Below, one piece after another: positions 37,183 to 49,682 of a stretch of DNA of 49,682 nt; the first letter of the stretch is position 1, and each line of letters opens with the position of its first letter. Position numbers and translations under genes: made by a program. The stretch lies in NCBI GenBank assembly GCA_016286235.1, contig JAEESJ010000030.1:1-49682 (forward strand), given 5' to 3'. The notes beneath the pieces are model-generated. The model saw only the letters and a list, made by a program, of their open reading frames with translations. It did no database searches and was not told the DNA's origin. This DNA is from Opitutales bacterium. GTDB lineage: Bacteria > Verrucomicrobiota > Verrucomicrobiia > Opitutales > UBA9783.

Positions 37183-37258
37183 AGGGGAATAGCGCAATTG
37201 GTAGAGTAGCGGTCTCCAAAACCGTCGGTTGGGGGTTCGAGTCCCTCTTCCCCTGCCA
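37183..37258 (+). tRNA. tRNA-Trp(CCA)
   Basis: AGGGGAA acceptor stem, anticodon loop CTCCAAA, GTTCGAGTCC, CCA; usual position before secE. Confidence 0.96.
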
Positions 37259-37269
37259 GGTTTCGTCGT

Positions 37270-37473
37270 ATGAAGTGGTTGAAAAAAGCGCGCGCGTTTT
37301 GTCGGGAAATGATCGGGGAGCTGAAAAAGGCTTCCTGGCCCGGTTGGCGGGAGTTGCGCCAATCCACCGTGAAGGTTTTGGTCGGGATCATTCTGTTGGG
37401 TGTGTTTGTAGGAGCCGTCGACATGTCTTTGTATCACATGGTGGATTTGTTGATGCATTGCGTGGGGCGTTAG
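37270..37473 (+). CDS. secE: preprotein translocase subunit SecE
   Basis: ELKKASWPGWREL motif plus TM; before nusG. Confidence 0.93.
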   Translation: MKWLKKARAFCREMIGELKKASWPGWRELRQSTVKVLVGIILLGVFVGAVDMSLYHMVDLLMHCVGR

Positions 37474-37477
37474 GGAA

Positions 37478-38050
37478 ATGACGGATACGCAAACGGACGA
37501 TTTTAAATGGTACGCGGTGCGAACGCTGACGAACCAGGAGTTGAAGGTGAAGCGTTTTATCGATCAGGCGTGCGAGGCGGGTATGTTAAAGGATTGCGTT
37601 AAGCAGGTGCTGGTGCCGACGAAAACCGTCCTGGAGGTGAAAAACGGGAAAAAGACAAGTCGCACCGCCAAGTTTTTCCCCGGATACGTCTTTTTGTGCA
37701 TGAAGCTTTATGACGAAGGCGGTGAATTTTTGCAGGATACGGCTTCGTTTGTTCGTCGCATTCAGGGCGTAACGGGCTTTATGGGCGGCGATAACCGCCC
37801 GGTTCCGATGAAGCCGTCGGAGGCGGAGGCGTTGTTGGGGCAGGCGGAAGAGAATCATGGCAAGAAGGTTTTAAAGGCGAATTACGAAGTCGGCGGAAAA
37901 GTGAAGGTGATCGACGGAGCGTTTGTCGGTTCGTCGGCGGTGATCGATGAAGTGGATGCCGAAAAAGGGCGTTTGCGCGTTTCGGTATCGATTTTCGGTC
38001 GCTTTACGCCGGTTGAGTTGGAGTATTGGCAGGTACGGAAGGAGAATTAA
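37478..38050 (+). CDS. nusG: transcription termination/antitermination factor NusG
   Basis: WYAVRT, KFFPGYVF, KOW domain, SIFGRFTPVELEY. Confidence 0.97.
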   Translation: MTDTQTDDFKWYAVRTLTNQELKVKRFIDQACEAGMLKDCVKQVLVPTKTVLEVKNGKKTSRTAKFFPGYVFLCMKLYDEGGEFLQDTASFVRRIQGVTGFMGGDNRPVPMKPSEAEALLGQAEENHGKKVLKANYEVGGKVKVIDGAFVGSSAVIDEVDAEKGRLRVSVSIFGRFTPVELEYWQVRKEN

Positions 38051-38053
38051 AGG

Positions 38054-38482
38054 ATGGCATCGAAAAAAGTAACGGGTGAAATTCGGTTGCAGTTGCCCGC
38101 AGGCGCGGCAAACCCGGCGCCGCCGGTAGGACCGGCTTTGGGTGCGAAGGGCGTAAATATCATGAACTTCTGCAAGGAGTTCAATGCGCGTACGCAGGAT
38201 AAAGCCGGATTGGTCATTCCGGTGGTGATTACGGTTTATTCGGATAAATCGTTCACGTTTATTTTAAAGACGCCGCCTGCTTCGGTGCTCTTGTGTAAAG
38301 CGGCGGGCATCCAGAAGGGTTCGGGCGAGCCGAATAAGAATAAAGTCGGTACGGTGACCGCCAAGCAACTGGAGGAGATTGCGACGATGAAGATGGCGGA
38401 TTTAAATGCGATCAATGTGAAGCATGCGGCTCGGATGATTGCCGGGACGGCTCGCAGTATGGGAATTCAGGTCGTCGGGTAA
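38054..38482 (+). CDS. rplK: 50S ribosomal protein L11
   Basis: [29 protein letters not shown]. Confidence 0.98.
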   Translation: MASKKVTGEIRLQLPAGAANPAPPVGPALGAKGVNIMNFCKEFNARTQDKAGLVIPVVITVYSDKSFTFILKTPPASVLLCKAAGIQKGSGEPNKNKVGTVTAKQLEEIATMKMADLNAINVKHAARMIAGTARSMGIQVVG

Positions 38483-38486
38483 AGGT

Positions 38487-39179
38487 ATGAAGAAGTACGG
38501 AAAACGGTATCGCGCGGCTTTGGAAAAAGCGGAAGCCGGAAAGCGGTATGATTTAAAGAGTGCTTTTGCGACGTTGCTTTCGTTGCCGGCGACGAAATTC
38601 GATGAAACGGTCGAGTTGGCGTTGCATCTGGCGGTTGATCCGAAGCAGAGCGATCAGATGGTGCGCGGTCGTGTGCAGCTGCCGAACGGAAACGGCAAGG
38701 ATGTTCGCGTGGTTGCTTTTACGAAGGATCCGCAGGCGGCGTTGAAGGCGGGTGCATGCGAAGCGGGTTTGTCGGATTTGATGGAGAAAATCAAGGGCGG
38801 CTGGCTGGATTTTGATGTGGCGGTTTCAACGACGGAAGCCATGAAGGACGTTAAAACTTTGGCGCGCCTTTTGGGCCCGAAGGGGTTGATGCCGAGTCCG
38901 AAGGCAGGGACGGTGACCGATGATTTGGCGGCTTGCATTACCGAGTTAAAGAAGGGGCGTGTGGAATTCAAGATGGACAAAGCGGCAAACGTGCAGTTGG
39001 GTATCGGTAAGCGTTCGTTCGGTCTTGAAAAGCTGTTGGCGAATGCGACGGCGGCGTTGGAGGCGATTCGTCAGGCGCGTCCGTCGGTTTTCCGCGGAAA
39101 GTTTGTGCTTAACGGTGCGATTTCATCGACCATGAGTCCCGGTTTATTGTTGGATGCTTCGGTGTTTGCCAAGTTTTAA
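38487..39179 (+). CDS. rplA: 50S ribosomal protein L1
   Basis: KFDETVE, DQMVRG, LGPKGLMPSPKAGTVT; start moved to ATG 38487. Confidence 0.97.
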   Translation: MKKYGKRYRAALEKAEAGKRYDLKSAFATLLSLPATKFDETVELALHLAVDPKQSDQMVRGRVQLPNGNGKDVRVVAFTKDPQAALKAGACEAGLSDLMEKIKGGWLDFDVAVSTTEAMKDVKTLARLLGPKGLMPSPKAGTVTDDLAACITELKKGRVEFKMDKAANVQLGIGKRSFGLEKLLANATAALEAIRQARPSVFRGKFVLNGAISSTMSPGLLLDASVFAKF

Positions 39180-39184
39180 GAGCG

Positions 39185-39691
39185 ATGAGAATTGAAAAAA
39201 CATTTTTGTTAAACGAGATTTCCGACAGCGTTAAGGGTTCGGAGTACGTTTATTTTGTGGACTTCGGTGGCGTGAAGGTGGATGAAATTTCCGAGTTGCG
39301 CAAAGGGTTGCGCGAGCACGGTGCGCAGTTTCACGTCGTTCAAAACACGCTGTTGCGAAAAGTCGGCGAAGGATTATCATGGCCGTCTTTTACGCAGTGG
39401 TTGCACGGACAGACGGGTATTGTGTTCGGCGGTGATAATCCGACCGGCGTGGCGAAGCTTTTGGTGCAATTTGCGAAAGATAAGGGAAAATTGCCCGCCA
39501 AAGGCGGTTTGATGGACGGTCAGTTGTATGACACGGCGGCGTTGGAAGAACTTTCGAAGTTGCCGGATCTGCCGACGCTTCGGGCGACATTCCTGTCGTT
39601 GTTGCTGACGCCGTATCGTCGTTGTCTGTATGTCTTGCAGGGGGTTCCGCAGGCATTGTTGAATGTATTGCAGGCGAAGAGCGGGAACTAA
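39185..39691 (+). CDS. rplJ: 50S ribosomal protein L10
   Basis: ISELRKGLR, VVQNTL, LSKLP; position in the cluster. Confidence 0.95.
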   Translation: MRIEKTFLLNEISDSVKGSEYVYFVDFGGVKVDEISELRKGLREHGAQFHVVQNTLLRKVGEGLSWPSFTQWLHGQTGIVFGGDNPTGVAKLLVQFAKDKGKLPAKGGLMDGQLYDTAALEELSKLPDLPTLRATFLSLLLTPYRRCLYVLQGVPQALLNVLQAKSGN

Positions 39692-39775
39692 TTATTTTCA
39701 GGTCAGGTTAGGGAGAACGGTTCTCCTTAAACGGTTCGTCTGAAAAAACGAATACTAATCTGTTCGGGAGAAATC

Positions 39776-40159
39776 ATGGGAGAAATCAAAAAAGAAGAGG
39801 TCATCGAGTGGTTGAGTAACCAGTCGGTATTGGAGATTGCGGGTCTGGTAAAAGATCTGGAAGAAAAGTGGGGCGTCAGCGCGGCGGCTCCCGTTGCGGT
39901 TGCGGCGGCACCGGCGGGCGGCGCGGCAGCACCGGCGGCGGAAGAAAAGACGGAGTTTGACGTTATTCTCGCCGATATGGGTGCCAAAAAGATCGATGTC
40001 ATCAAAGAGGTGAAGGCGATCACGGGCTTTGGGCTTGCGGAAGCGAAGGCACTGGTGGAAGGTGCTCCGAAGCCGGTAAAAGAAGGCATCGGAAAGAAAG
40101 AGGCGGAAGAAATCAAAGCCAAACTGGAAGCCGCCGGCGCAAAAGTCGAATTGAAGTAA
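39776..40159 (+). CDS. rplL: 50S ribosomal protein L7/L12
   Basis: [40 protein letters not shown]. Confidence 0.98.
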   Translation: MGEIKKEEVIEWLSNQSVLEIAGLVKDLEEKWGVSAAAPVAVAAAPAGGAAAPAAEEKTEFDVILADMGAKKIDVIKEVKAITGFGLAEAKALVEGAPKPVKEGIGKKEAEEIKAKLEAAGAKVELK

Positions 40160-40208
40160 ATTACATAACCTTCGACAAGGATGGATTGGAAGAACCTTTC
40201 TTGTTTAA

Positions 40209-43200
40209 GTGCCTGAATTTATGTCCGATCGTATCAATCTCGGGAAATTAAAAGAAGTTATTCCTCCTTCGGATCTGCTGGGTCTGCAGTTGAATTCCTA
40301 CAAAGAGTTTTTGCAACAGTATATTCCGCCGTCCGAACGCAAAAAGGTCGGCTTGGAGGCGGTCTTCCAAGACTTTTTTCCGATTGAGGATTATGACAAT
40401 AAATATCGCCTTGAGTATGTTTCGTACCGGTGGGGTGATGTGACGGGCGATTATTGCGATTGCATCCGAAACGGCACCACGTACGGCACGTCTTTGTACC
40501 TGACGTTGCGCCTGATGAGCGACAACAAGCAGGTTCAGGAGGGTGAAATTTATTTGGGCGAGTTTCCGTTGATGACGGATCGCGCCTCTTTCGTCATTAA
40601 CGGTGCCGAGCGTGTGGTGGTGAGTCAGTTGCATCGTTCGCCTGGCATCAGTTTCGACCAAGAGTGGCATCCGTCCGGGAAGCGGTTGCATGCGTTTCGC
40701 ATTATTCCCGATCGCGGCGTCTGGGTGGAGGTTCAGTTTGATGCGAACGATCTGTTGTACGTTTATCTGGATCGTCGCCGTCGTCGTTATCGGTTCCTTA
40801 TTACGACGCTTTTGCGCGCTTTCGGCTTCGGTACGAACGAAACCATTTTGAAGTTATTTTACAAGCCGACCAAAATGCGCGTTTCGGCGCTGTTGTCGCA
40901 GAACGATCTGACGCATTGGGTGTTGACGGAAGACGTGATTGACGTTGCGAAGGGTTTGGTGTTGGGGCGCGCGTTGGAGCCGAGCACCAAAACCGCACTG
41001 CAGGCGTTTCAACGGTCGAAAATCGAGACGATTTCGGTGGTCGACGCAAGCGCGGATGACGGTGCGATTGTGCGTTGTTTGAGAAAGGACGGTGCGACTT
41101 CGACGGAAGACGGATTGTGCGACATTTATCGATTGTTGCATCCGGGCGAGACTGTGAATTTGCAGGATGCGCGCGCCTTTTTTCAACGTTCTTTTTGCGA
41201 TTCCAAGCGTTACGATTTGACGCGCGTCGGACGTTATCGTCTGAACGAAAAACTCGGTTTGGATGTTCCGCTTTCGAAGACGCTGCTTCAACCGATCGAT
41301 ATTGCGGAGGAGGTGCGCGAACTGTGTCGCTTGCGCAAGGGGCAGGGGTCGGTCGACGATATCGACTTTCTCGGCAATCGTCGCGTGCGTTTGGTAGGCG
41401 AACTGGTGGCGGCGCAATGCCGTTCCGGTTTGGCGCGCATGGAACGTATTATTCGCGAACGTATGGCGCAATTGGATCGGGCGGAAGGGGTTTCGTTAAA
41501 ACATGTGGTGGATTCGCGCGCCGTCACGATGGCGGTGATTGATTTTTTTGCCCGCAATCCGCTGTCACAGCTGACGGATCAAATCAATCCGCTGTCGGAA
41601 ATTACTCACAAGCGTCGTTTGTCGGCGTTGGGCGCCGGCGGTTTGGATCGCGAACGGGCGGGCTTGGAAGTGCGCGACGTGCATACTTCCCATTACGGTC
41701 GCATTTGTCCCATCGAAACGCCGGAAGGTTCCAACATCGGCTTGATCAATTCGTTGACGACTTACGCGCGCATCAACGAGCTCGGTCTCATTGAAACGCC
41801 GTACCGACGCGTGCATAACAAGGTTGTGACGGACGAAGTCGATTATCTGACGGCGGAACAGGAGAAAACGGAGGTTGTTGCGCAGGCGGATTCGGCGGTC
41901 AATTCGAAGGGTTGCCTGGAAGGTACCGTTATGGCGCGCAAGAATTTCGATGTGTGTGAAGTGAAGCCCGAAGAGGTGACGTACATAGAGGTTTCGCCGA
42001 AGCAGGTGATTTCGGCGGCAACCGCTCTCATCCCGTTTTTGGAGCACGATGACGCCAGTCGCGCGTTGATGGGTTCGAACATGTTGCGTCAGGCGGTGCC
42101 GCTGTTGCGACCCGAAGCGCCCTTTGTCGGAACGGGGTTGGAAGAGACGACGGCGCGCGATTCCCGTGTTACGGTTGTGGCGGAAGCGGACGGGAAGGTG
42201 GCGGAAGTGAGCGGTACGCGGATTGTCGTGACGCCCGACGGTACGTTGCCGCACGTGCGTAAGGATCAATCGTTGCGGACGGATCCGCAGAACGGATTAT
42301 ATGTTTATCCGTTACGTAAATTTGCGCGTTCCAATGCGATGACGTGTTTCAATGCCCGACCGTCGGTACGACCGGGAGATACGGTGAAGGCAGGGCAGGT
42401 GTTGGCGGACGGCGGTGCGACGGATCACGGCGAAACGGCATTGGGGCGCAATGTTCTGGTGGCGTATCTGTCCTGGAAGGGGTACAATTTCGAAGATGCG
42501 GTGATTTTGAGCGAGCGCATGGTTTCGGAAGATGTTTATACGTCGATTCATATCGAAGAATACGAAATCGTTGCGAACGATACGAAGCTTGGAGCGGAGG
42601 AAATTACGCGCGATATTCCGAATGTCGGCGAAGAGGCTTTAAAAAACCTGGATCGCAACGGGATTATCCGCATCGGTTCTGAGGTACATCCCGGGGATAT
42701 TTTAGTCGGGAAAATTACGCCGAAGAGCGAAACGGAATTGGCGCCCGAAGAAAAGTTGCTGCGCGCGATTTTCGGAGAAAAAGCGGCGGATGTGAAGAAT
42801 TCTTCCTTAGTTGCGCCGTCCGGTTGCTCCGGGTACGTGATGGACGTTCACGTGACGACGCAGGGCGGTATGGACGAAACGTCGGGTGTTGCGAGCGATC
42901 GCCGTCGTCGGGAGAAAAAGCTGATTGAAGAGTATCGGGTCGCCAAGGAGCGTTTGCGGGAATCGTTGACGGAGGCGTTGTCGAACGTTCTTTTGGGTGA
43001 AAAAATTCCCTTAAATATTACCAGCGGTGAAACGGGCGAGGTTATCATTCAGGCAAATCGGAAAATCACCAGAACGGCGTTGCGTAAATTGGCGTTTCAT
43101 CCGAGCGACGTTCAAATGGAGCAGTCGCCGATTAAGTTGAGGGTTTTTGAGATTATAACGCCGTTTGTGCGTCAGTTTGACGAGGTAGAGGCATCGCATC

Positions 43201-44003
43201 GGGCGAAATTGGGGGATTTGGATGCGGAAGCGGCGGGAACCGTGAAGAGCGTGAAGGTTTGGGTTGCCGTCAAGCGCAAAATTTGCGTCGGCGATAAAAT
43301 GGCGGGACGTCACGGAAACAAGGGCGTGGTGGCGCGCGTGGTTCCCGTTCAGGATATGCCGTTTTTGGAAGACGGGACGCCGGTGGACATGATTTTAAAT
43401 CCTCTGGGCGTGCCGAGTCGCATGAACATCGGGCAAATTTTGGAGACGCATCTCGGTTTGGCGTGCAAACTGCTCGGTATTAAGGTTTCGACGCCGGTGT
43501 TTGACGGTGCTTCCGATGCAACCATCAGGGAGTATTTAAAGAAGGCGCATCTGCCGGAGGACGGCAAGGTGACGCTTTACGACGGATGTACCGGCGAGCC
43601 GTTTAAACGAAAAGTGACGGTCGGTTATTCCTACATGATGAAGCTCAATCACCTGGTGGATGATAAGGTGCACGCGCGTGCGGTCGGTCCGTACAGTCTG
43701 ATTACGCAACAGCCGTTGGGCGGTAAAGCGCAGTTCGGCGGACAACGTTTCGGTGAAATGGAAGTGTGGGCGTTGGAATCGTACGGCGCGGCGTACACGT
43801 TGCAGGAAATGTTGACGGTCAAATCCGATGACGTTCAGGGACGTACCAAAATGTACGAATCCATTGTGAAGGGGTACCATTCGTTGCAGGCGGGTGTGCC
43901 GCAGTCGTTCAAGGTGTTGGTGAAGGAAATTCAGGGATTGGGATTGGATTTGCAACTCAATGCGGATCGCCTGATGACGGAAGAAGCGGAGGTTGCGGAG
44001 TAA
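40209..44003 (+). CDS. rpoB: RNA polymerase beta subunit
   Basis: [56 protein letters not shown]; start could be ATG 40221. Confidence 0.99.
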   Translation: MPEFMSDRINLGKLKEVIPPSDLLGLQLNSYKEFLQQYIPPSERKKVGLEAVFQDFFPIEDYDNKYRLEYVSYRWGDVTGDYCDCIRNGTTYGTSLYLTLRLMSDNKQVQEGEIYLGEFPLMTDRASFVINGAERVVVSQLHRSPGISFDQEWHPSGKRLHAFRIIPDRGVWVEVQFDANDLLYVYLDRRRRRYRFLITTLLRAFGFGTNETILKLFYKPTKMRVSALLSQNDLTHWVLTEDVIDVAKGLVLGRALEPSTKTALQAFQRSKIETISVVDASADDGAIVRCLRKDGATSTEDGLCDIYRLLHPGETVNLQDARAFFQRSFCDSKRYDLTRVGRYRLNEKLGLDVPLSKTLLQPIDIAEEVRELCRLRKGQGSVDDIDFLGNRRVRLVGELVAAQCRSGLARMERIIRERMAQLDRAEGVSLKHVVDSRAVTMAVIDFFARNPLSQLTDQINPLSEITHKRRLSALGAGGLDRERAGLEVRDVHTSHYGRICPIETPEGSNIGLINSLTTYARINELGLIETPYRRVHNKVVTDEVDYLTAEQEKTEVVAQADSAVNSKGCLEGTVMARKNFDVCEVKPEEVTYIEVSPKQVISAATALIPFLEHDDASRALMGSNMLRQAVPLLRPEAPFVGTGLEETTARDSRVTVVAEADGKVAEVSGTRIVVTPDGTLPHVRKDQSLRTDPQNGLYVYPLRKFARSNAMTCFNARPSVRPGDTVKAGQVLADGGATDHGETALGRNVLVAYLSWKGYNFEDAVILSERMVSEDVYTSIHIEEYEIVANDTKLGAEEITRDIPNVGEEALKNLDRNGIIRIGSEVHPGDILVGKITPKSETELAPEEKLLRAIFGEKAADVKNSSLVAPSGCSGYVMDVHVTTQGGMDETSGVASDRRRREKKLIEEYRVAKERLRESLTEALSNVLLGEKIPLNITSGETGEVIIQANRKITRTALRKLAFHPSDVQMEQSPIKLRVFEIITPFVRQFDEVEASHRAKLGDLDAEAAGTVKSVKVWVAVKRKICVGDKMAGRHGNKGVVARVVPVQDMPFLEDGTPVDMILNPLGVPSRMNIGQILETHLGLACKLLGIKVSTPVFDGASDATIREYLKKAHLPEDGKVTLYDGCTGEPFKRKVTVGYSYMMKLNHLVDDKVHARAVGPYSLITQQPLGGKAQFGGQRFGEMEVWALESYGAAYTLQEMLTVKSDDVQGRTKMYESIVKGYHSLQAGVPQSFKVLVKEIQGLGLDLQLNADRLMTEEAEVAE

Positions 44004-44007
44004 TTTT

Positions 44008-47000
44008 ATGTTTAGGGACGACATTCACGGTCTTTTGGGGTTCGAGTCGGATCCGACGTTTGATTCGGTTCGGATTTCGATTGCTTCTCCCGAAACCATT
44101 CGTCAATGGTCGAAGGGTGAAGTCAAAACACCCGAAACCATCAATTACCGCACCTGGAAGCCGGAACCGGACGGTTTGTTCTGTCAACGGATTTTTGGTC
44201 CGGTGACGGATTACGAATGTGCCTGCGGTAAGTACAAGCGCATCAAGTACCGCGGGGTGGTGTGCGACCGTTGCGGCGTGGAGGTTACCGTTTCGCGCGT
44301 GCGCCGCGAGTGGATGGGACACATCGAATTGGCGGTTCCCGTGGCGCACGTTTGGTTTTTAAAGAGCGTTCCGAGCTGTTTCAGTCTGCTTTTGGATATG
44401 ACCGTTCGCGATTTGGAGCGTGTCATTTACTACGAAAGTTATCTTGTTCTGGATCCCGGCAGTACGCCTTTGGAGAAAAAGCAGCTCTTGACCGAGAACG
44501 AATACCAATCGGCGCAAGCCGAGTTCGGCGAAGATGCGTTCACGGCGAAAATGGGTGCGGAAGCGATCCGTGAGCTGTTGTGCGACATGAGTTTGGAGGA
44601 CGAGGCGGAGGAGATGCAGATGCGGATGGCGACGGATACCTCAAAAAGTCTGAAGCAAAAATTGTCCAAGCGTCTCAAGTTGATCAACGGAATGATTCGC
44701 AACAAAATCCGACCCGAGTGGATGGTGTTGCGAGTGTTGCCGGTGACGCCGCCCGATTTGCGTCCGTTGGTGCCGCTGGACGGCGGGCGTTTTGCTACCA
44801 GCGATTTGAACGATTTGTACCGTCGCGTCATCAACCGCAACAATCGTCTTCGCAGTCTGTTGCAACTGAAAACGCCGGATATTATCATTCACAACGAAAA
44901 GCGCATGTTGCAGGAGGCGGTGGATGCGCTTTTTGATAACGGTTGCCGCGGAACGCGTGCGGTTGCCGGTTCCAACGGTCGTCCGTTGAAGTCACTGAGC
45001 GAGTCGTTGAAGGGAAAGCAGGGGCGTTTTCGTCAAAATCTGCTCGGTAAGCGCGTCGATTACAGCGGTCGTACCGTGATTGTCGTCGGACCGGAGTTGA
45101 AAATTTACCAGTGCGGTTTGCCGAAACAGATGGCGTTGGTGCTGTTTGAACCGTTCATCATTCATCGATTGCGAGAGTTGGGTTTTGCCTATACGGTGCG
45201 TGCGGCGCGCAAGATGATCGAAAACAAAACGCCCGAGGTGTGGGACGTATTGCAGGAAGTGATTAAAGGGCATCCCGTGTTGCTGAATCGTGCGCCGACG
45301 CTGCACCGTTTGTCCATTCAGGCGTTCGAACCCGTGTTGATCGAAGGCGGTGCCATTCGTCTGCATCCGCTGGTGTGTGCGGCGTTCAACGCGGACTTCG
45401 ACGGCGACCAAATGGCGGTACACGTGCCGTTATCCGCGGAAGCGATTATGGAGGCAAGGTTGCTGATGCTTTCGACGCACAATTTGTTTTCGCCTTCGAG
45501 CGGTAAGCCGATTACGGTTCCTTCGCAGGATATTGTTTTGGGAGTTTATGCGTTGACGTCGGAGACCAAACCGAAGCCGGAGAAAACCCGTCAGGTTCCG
45601 ATTGTTTCGGGTGCCTTGGAAGCGGAGCGCATGGAGAGCGAGGGCATTCTTTCGTCGGACGACTGGGTGGATATGCCGAATCCCGATTATCAAAAGGAGA
45701 CGAAATTTGGTGTTTCGTCGGATAAGTACCTTCGTACCACGATCGGTCGTATTCTTTTTAACGCCGTTTTCCCGAAGGAAGTCGGTTTTGTCAACGAAAC
45801 GGTCGGAAAAGACAAGTTGTCGGACGTTATTAACGCGGCGTATCATTTGATTTCTTCGGAGGCGTTCGCCGAGTTATTGGATGCGCTGAAATCTCTCGGT
45901 TTTTCGAGGGTGACGCAAAGCGGTGTTTCCGTCGGAATGGGAGATATCGTCGTTTCGGATGAGAAAGCCGCCGTTATCGAGAAGAGCGAGAAGAAAATCA
46001 AGGAAGTCGAATCGCAATTCCGTCGCGGTATTATTACCGACAGCGAACGTTACAACAAGGTGATTTCGATTTGGACGAACGCAACTGAGGAAGTGGCGAA
46101 TGCTTCGTTTGAAACATTGGCACAGCGCGGGAAGGACGGCGAGGTCAATTCGATTTGGATGATGATGGATTCGGGAGCGCGCGGAAACAAACAGCAGGTG
46201 CGTCAGCTGGTTGGCATGCGCGGTTTGATGGCGAAACCTTCGGGCGAAATCATCGAACAGCCGATTTTATCTTCCTTCCGTGACGGCTTGAAGGTTTTGG
46301 AGTACTTTACGTCGACGCACGGCGGTCGTAAGGGTATGGCGGATACGGCGTTGAAAACGGCGGATGCCGGGTATTTGACCCGAAAATTGTGCGATGTTGC
46401 CATGGATTGCGTCGCGGGAGGAACCGACGAGCCCTTGGATAACTCGAAGGGCGTTTGGAAGCAGGCGATTTGCGACGGTGATGATGAGATTGTTGCTTTG
46501 TCGGAGCGTATTGTCGGGCGTTGCGCCTGCGAGGATGTTGTCAATCCGAGCGATCCGAACGAATGCGTCATTCATCGCGGGGATTTGATTACCGAGACGC
46601 AGGCGAGGCGTGTTGAAGCGTTGGGAATTGATGCGGTGAAAATTCTGTCGCCGCTGACCCATATGGTTAAAAACGTGATTCCGGCGAAGGCGTACGGCGA
46701 GGATACGGCGACGCACGCGTTGGTGTCGGAAGGAACGTCGGTCGGAATTTTGGCAGCGCAGTCGATCGGTGAGCCGGGTACGCAGTTGACGCTTCGTACG
46801 TTCCACTCGGGCGGTGTGGCGGGTCAGGCGTTCAAAATGCCGGAATTTCGCGCGCAACATGCCGGTATCGTCAAGTATGACGGTTTGAGGACGGTGACGA
46901 CGCAAGAGGGGACGATTGTGGCGTTAAACAAAACGGGTGTGCTTCGAATTTTGTCGGAGGATTACCGGGAGCTGGAATCGTACCGCATTCATCCGGGTTC

Positions 47001-48207
47001 CGTTATGGCGGTTGCGGATGGGGGTGCCGTTGAGAAGGGTGCCTCTCTGGCGGTGTGGGACGCAACCAAAATCCCGATTTTGTCGGAAAAGAGCGGCGAG
47101 GTGCGTTTCAAGGATATCATGGCGGGTGTGACCCTTTGTCGTGCCGGTGAAGGGGCTGATGTACGCATGATCATGGAGCATCAGGACGATTTGAATCCCT
47201 CCGTTGAAATTGTCGATAAACGCGGAACGTTGTTGGCGACCTATCCGATTCCGTCGGGAGCGCAGCTGGTGGTCGCGGAAGGTGATGCGGTGTATCCCGG
47301 GACGATGATTGCCAAAATGGCGCGCGTTTCGAACAAAACGCAGGATATCGTGGGCGGTCTGCCGCGCATTACCGAGTTGTTTGAAGCTCGTTGTCCGAAG
47401 AAAACGGCGGAAATGGCGCGCATCGACGGTGTGGTGTCGCTGACGGGAACGATGCGCGGAAAAAAGCGGTTGATCGTGACCGACGCCGAAACAGAAGCGG
47501 TCGATGTGCATTTTGTAGCGCAGGATAAGCAGATTATCGTTCAGGACGGAGATTTTGTGAAGAAAGGTCAGTTCCTGACCGACGGATTGGCGGATCCGCA
47601 CGAAATGCTTGCCGTATTGGGCGAAGCGGCGACGCAGGAGTATTTGTTGTCGGAAATTCAAAAGGTGTATCGTTTGCAGGGAGTGACCATCAACGACAAG
47701 CACCTGGAAGTAATTTTGGCACGGATGTTCGGAAAGATTCGCGTAACGGATCCGGGTGATACGGAATTTTTCCATGACGAACAGGTGGATCGTCATCATT
47801 TTGCCGAAGCGAACAGGAACGTGGTCGAGATGGGCGGCAAGCCTGCCGAGGGCGAACCGATATTATTGGGAATTACAAAGGCGTCGTTGCAGACGGACAG
47901 CTTTATTTCTGCCGCTTCCTTCCAGGAAACAGCGCGTATTTTAACGGAAGCCGCCGCCGTCGGAAAGCAGGACAACATGAAGGGCTTCAAGGAAAACGTC
48001 ATCATGGGAAATTTGATTCCTGCCGGAACCGGGATGCCGAAGTACCGACATTTGACGGTTTGTATAACGGAAGCGGGACAGGCGGCCGCCGGTGCGATTG
48101 CCGAAGGAGCCGTGTTGTGGGGAGATGCCGAAACGTCTTCAACGGAGAGTACTTCGGATGTTGCTCCCGAGGAAGCGGTATCGGTTGCGACGGAGCGTGT
48201 TTCTTAG
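44008..48207 (+). CDS. rpoC: RNA polymerase beta' subunit
   Basis: N-terminal Zn ribbon, [19 protein letters not shown]; start moved to ATG 44008. Confidence 0.99.
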   Translation: MFRDDIHGLLGFESDPTFDSVRISIASPETIRQWSKGEVKTPETINYRTWKPEPDGLFCQRIFGPVTDYECACGKYKRIKYRGVVCDRCGVEVTVSRVRREWMGHIELAVPVAHVWFLKSVPSCFSLLLDMTVRDLERVIYYESYLVLDPGSTPLEKKQLLTENEYQSAQAEFGEDAFTAKMGAEAIRELLCDMSLEDEAEEMQMRMATDTSKSLKQKLSKRLKLINGMIRNKIRPEWMVLRVLPVTPPDLRPLVPLDGGRFATSDLNDLYRRVINRNNRLRSLLQLKTPDIIIHNEKRMLQEAVDALFDNGCRGTRAVAGSNGRPLKSLSESLKGKQGRFRQNLLGKRVDYSGRTVIVVGPELKIYQCGLPKQMALVLFEPFIIHRLRELGFAYTVRAARKMIENKTPEVWDVLQEVIKGHPVLLNRAPTLHRLSIQAFEPVLIEGGAIRLHPLVCAAFNADFDGDQMAVHVPLSAEAIMEARLLMLSTHNLFSPSSGKPITVPSQDIVLGVYALTSETKPKPEKTRQVPIVSGALEAERMESEGILSSDDWVDMPNPDYQKETKFGVSSDKYLRTTIGRILFNAVFPKEVGFVNETVGKDKLSDVINAAYHLISSEAFAELLDALKSLGFSRVTQSGVSVGMGDIVVSDEKAAVIEKSEKKIKEVESQFRRGIITDSERYNKVISIWTNATEEVANASFETLAQRGKDGEVNSIWMMMDSGARGNKQQVRQLVGMRGLMAKPSGEIIEQPILSSFRDGLKVLEYFTSTHGGRKGMADTALKTADAGYLTRKLCDVAMDCVAGGTDEPLDNSKGVWKQAICDGDDEIVALSERIVGRCACEDVVNPSDPNECVIHRGDLITETQARRVEALGIDAVKILSPLTHMVKNVIPAKAYGEDTATHALVSEGTSVGILAAQSIGEPGTQLTLRTFHSGGVAGQAFKMPEFRAQHAGIVKYDGLRTVTTQEGTIVALNKTGVLRILSEDYRELESYRIHPGSVMAVADGGAVEKGASLAVWDATKIPILSEKSGEVRFKDIMAGVTLCRAGEGADVRMIMEHQDDLNPSVEIVDKRGTLLATYPIPSGAQLVVAEGDAVYPGTMIAKMARVSNKTQDIVGGLPRITELFEARCPKKTAEMARIDGVVSLTGTMRGKKRLIVTDAETEAVDVHFVAQDKQIIVQDGDFVKKGQFLTDGLADPHEMLAVLGEAATQEYLLSEIQKVYRLQGVTINDKHLEVILARMFGKIRVTDPGDTEFFHDEQVDRHHFAEANRNVVEMGGKPAEGEPILLGITKASLQTDSFISAASFQETARILTEAAAVGKQDNMKGFKENVIMGNLIPAGTGMPKYRHLTVCITEAGQAAAGAIAEGAVLWGDAETSSTESTSDVAPEEAVSVATERVS

Positions 48208-48401
48208 GAAAGACGGTGTAAATGAAGGCTTTTGGAAAAAAAAACACGGCGATTACGGAGCAGTTTTGGGTACTCTGCGGTCGTATGCGTATTGTTCGTC
48301 GGTTCGAATGTGCGTCTGAGCGGTCACGCGGAGGCGGGACAGCGTGTAAAAAAGCTTGCGTTCCGTCGCGTGAATCTTTGTTAATGAAGTGTTAAGATAA
48401 G

Positions 48402-48785
48402 ATGCCTACCATCAATCAGCTTATTTCACATCCGAGGCGGGCGGTACGTTCAAAGTCGTCCGCGCCGGCGTTGGAGAAACATCCGTTTAAGCGCGGCGTG
48501 TGCATTCAGGTGATGACGCGTACGCCGAAGAAGCCGAATTCCGCGGTTCGCAAAGTGACCAAAGTGCGTTTGACGAACGGTTCGGAAGTGATCGCTTACA
48601 TTCCCGATGAAGGGCATAATCTGCAAGAGCACAGCATTGTGTTGGTGCGCGGCGGTTGCGTGCCCGATCTTCCTGGTGTGCGCTACCACGTAGTGCGCGG
48701 GACATTGGATGCGCAGGGTGTTGAGAAGCGTCGTCGCAGTCGTTCCAAGTATGGCGTGCATCGTCCGAAGGAAGCGAAAAAGTAA
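48402..48785 (+). CDS. rpsL: 30S ribosomal protein S12
   Basis: [30 protein letters not shown]. Confidence 0.98.
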   Translation: MPTINQLISHPRRAVRSKSSAPALEKHPFKRGVCIQVMTRTPKKPNSAVRKVTKVRLTNGSEVIAYIPDEGHNLQEHSIVLVRGGCVPDLPGVRYHVVRGTLDAQGVEKRRRSRSKYGVHRPKEAKK

Positions 48786-48794
48786 GGTTTTGTT

Positions 48795-49268
48795 ATGTCA
48801 CGTCGTCGAAGAGCAGTACGTCGGGAAATGAAAGGAGATCCGCGTTACAACAGTCCGCTGGTGGAACAGTTGACGAACCGCGTGATGCGTTGCGGGAAAA
48901 AGTCTTTGGCGCGCCGCATTGTGTACGGAGCGATCGAGAAGGTAAGCGAGATATTGGGTAAGGGCGATCCGATGGATTTTATGTTGGCAGCTTTGGAGAA
49001 TATTCGTCCGAAGCTGGAAGTGAAGAGCCGTCGCGTTGGGGGGGCGACCTACCAGGTGCCGATGGAAGTTCCTTATCAACGTCAAATCGGTTTGGCGTTT
49101 CGTTGGCTTGTTTTGGCGGCGGATAAACGCAAGGGGACGATGGCGGAAGGATTGGCGAACGAACTGCTGGATGCGTACAACAATACGGGCGAAGTAGTGA
49201 AGAAAAAGGAGGAAGTCCATCGTATGGCGCAGGCAAATCGTGCCTTTGCGCATTTCCGCTGGTCTTAA
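48795..49268 (+). CDS. rpsG: 30S ribosomal protein S7
   Basis: [33 protein letters not shown]. Confidence 0.98.
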   Translation: MSRRRRAVRREMKGDPRYNSPLVEQLTNRVMRCGKKSLARRIVYGAIEKVSEILGKGDPMDFMLAALENIRPKLEVKSRRVGGATYQVPMEVPYQRQIGLAFRWLVLAADKRKGTMAEGLANELLDAYNNTGEVVKKKEEVHRMAQANRAFAHFRWS

Positions 49269-49274
49269 ACGGCT

Positions 49275-49640
<366 letters not shown>

Positions 49641-49682
49641 GATGCGGAATTTCTTTTCCATCGGCTCCAGGTGAATATCGGA

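Overview
Chromosomal segment, most likely from a host-associated Verrucomicrobiota (Opitutia/Puniceicoccales-like) bacterium. That placement is my inference from EF-Tu, RpoB/RpoC, Pal and LpxK sequence style and was not checked by a search. Bases 78-10066 (minus strand) hold a 13-gene non-flagellar type III secretion (injectisome) operon, sctD-E-F-G-I-J-K-L-N-O-P-Q-R, with a YscN-like ATPase. sctC/S/T/U/V/W and translocators are not in the window. The rest is mostly housekeeping: dprA, an MBL hydrolase, mtnN/metK, ECF sigma-anti-sigma-HtrA-like, accB-accC-asp23-amaP-like, trpS, a prepilin-type protein, pyrG, pal, lpxK, holA, pgk, tpiA, three tRNAs, a DAACS transporter, an OMP beta-barrel, hpf, and the tuf-secE-nusG-rplKAJL-rpoBC-rpsLG-fusA cluster. 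Features the ORF track does not show: (1) a decayed accC duplicate fused to a csrA-like start, (2) a frameshifted MATE gene next to an IS1595-like remnant, (3) a Thr/Ser-rich leader peptide with a terminator-like hairpin before the DAACS transporter, (4) a (TTCC)n tract forming the promoter spacer of the OMP gene, (5) an HtrA homologue with its whole catalytic triad replaced, (6) an unusual S12 motif, and (7) a chimeric right end (fusA joined to a pilB/gspE-like fragment).
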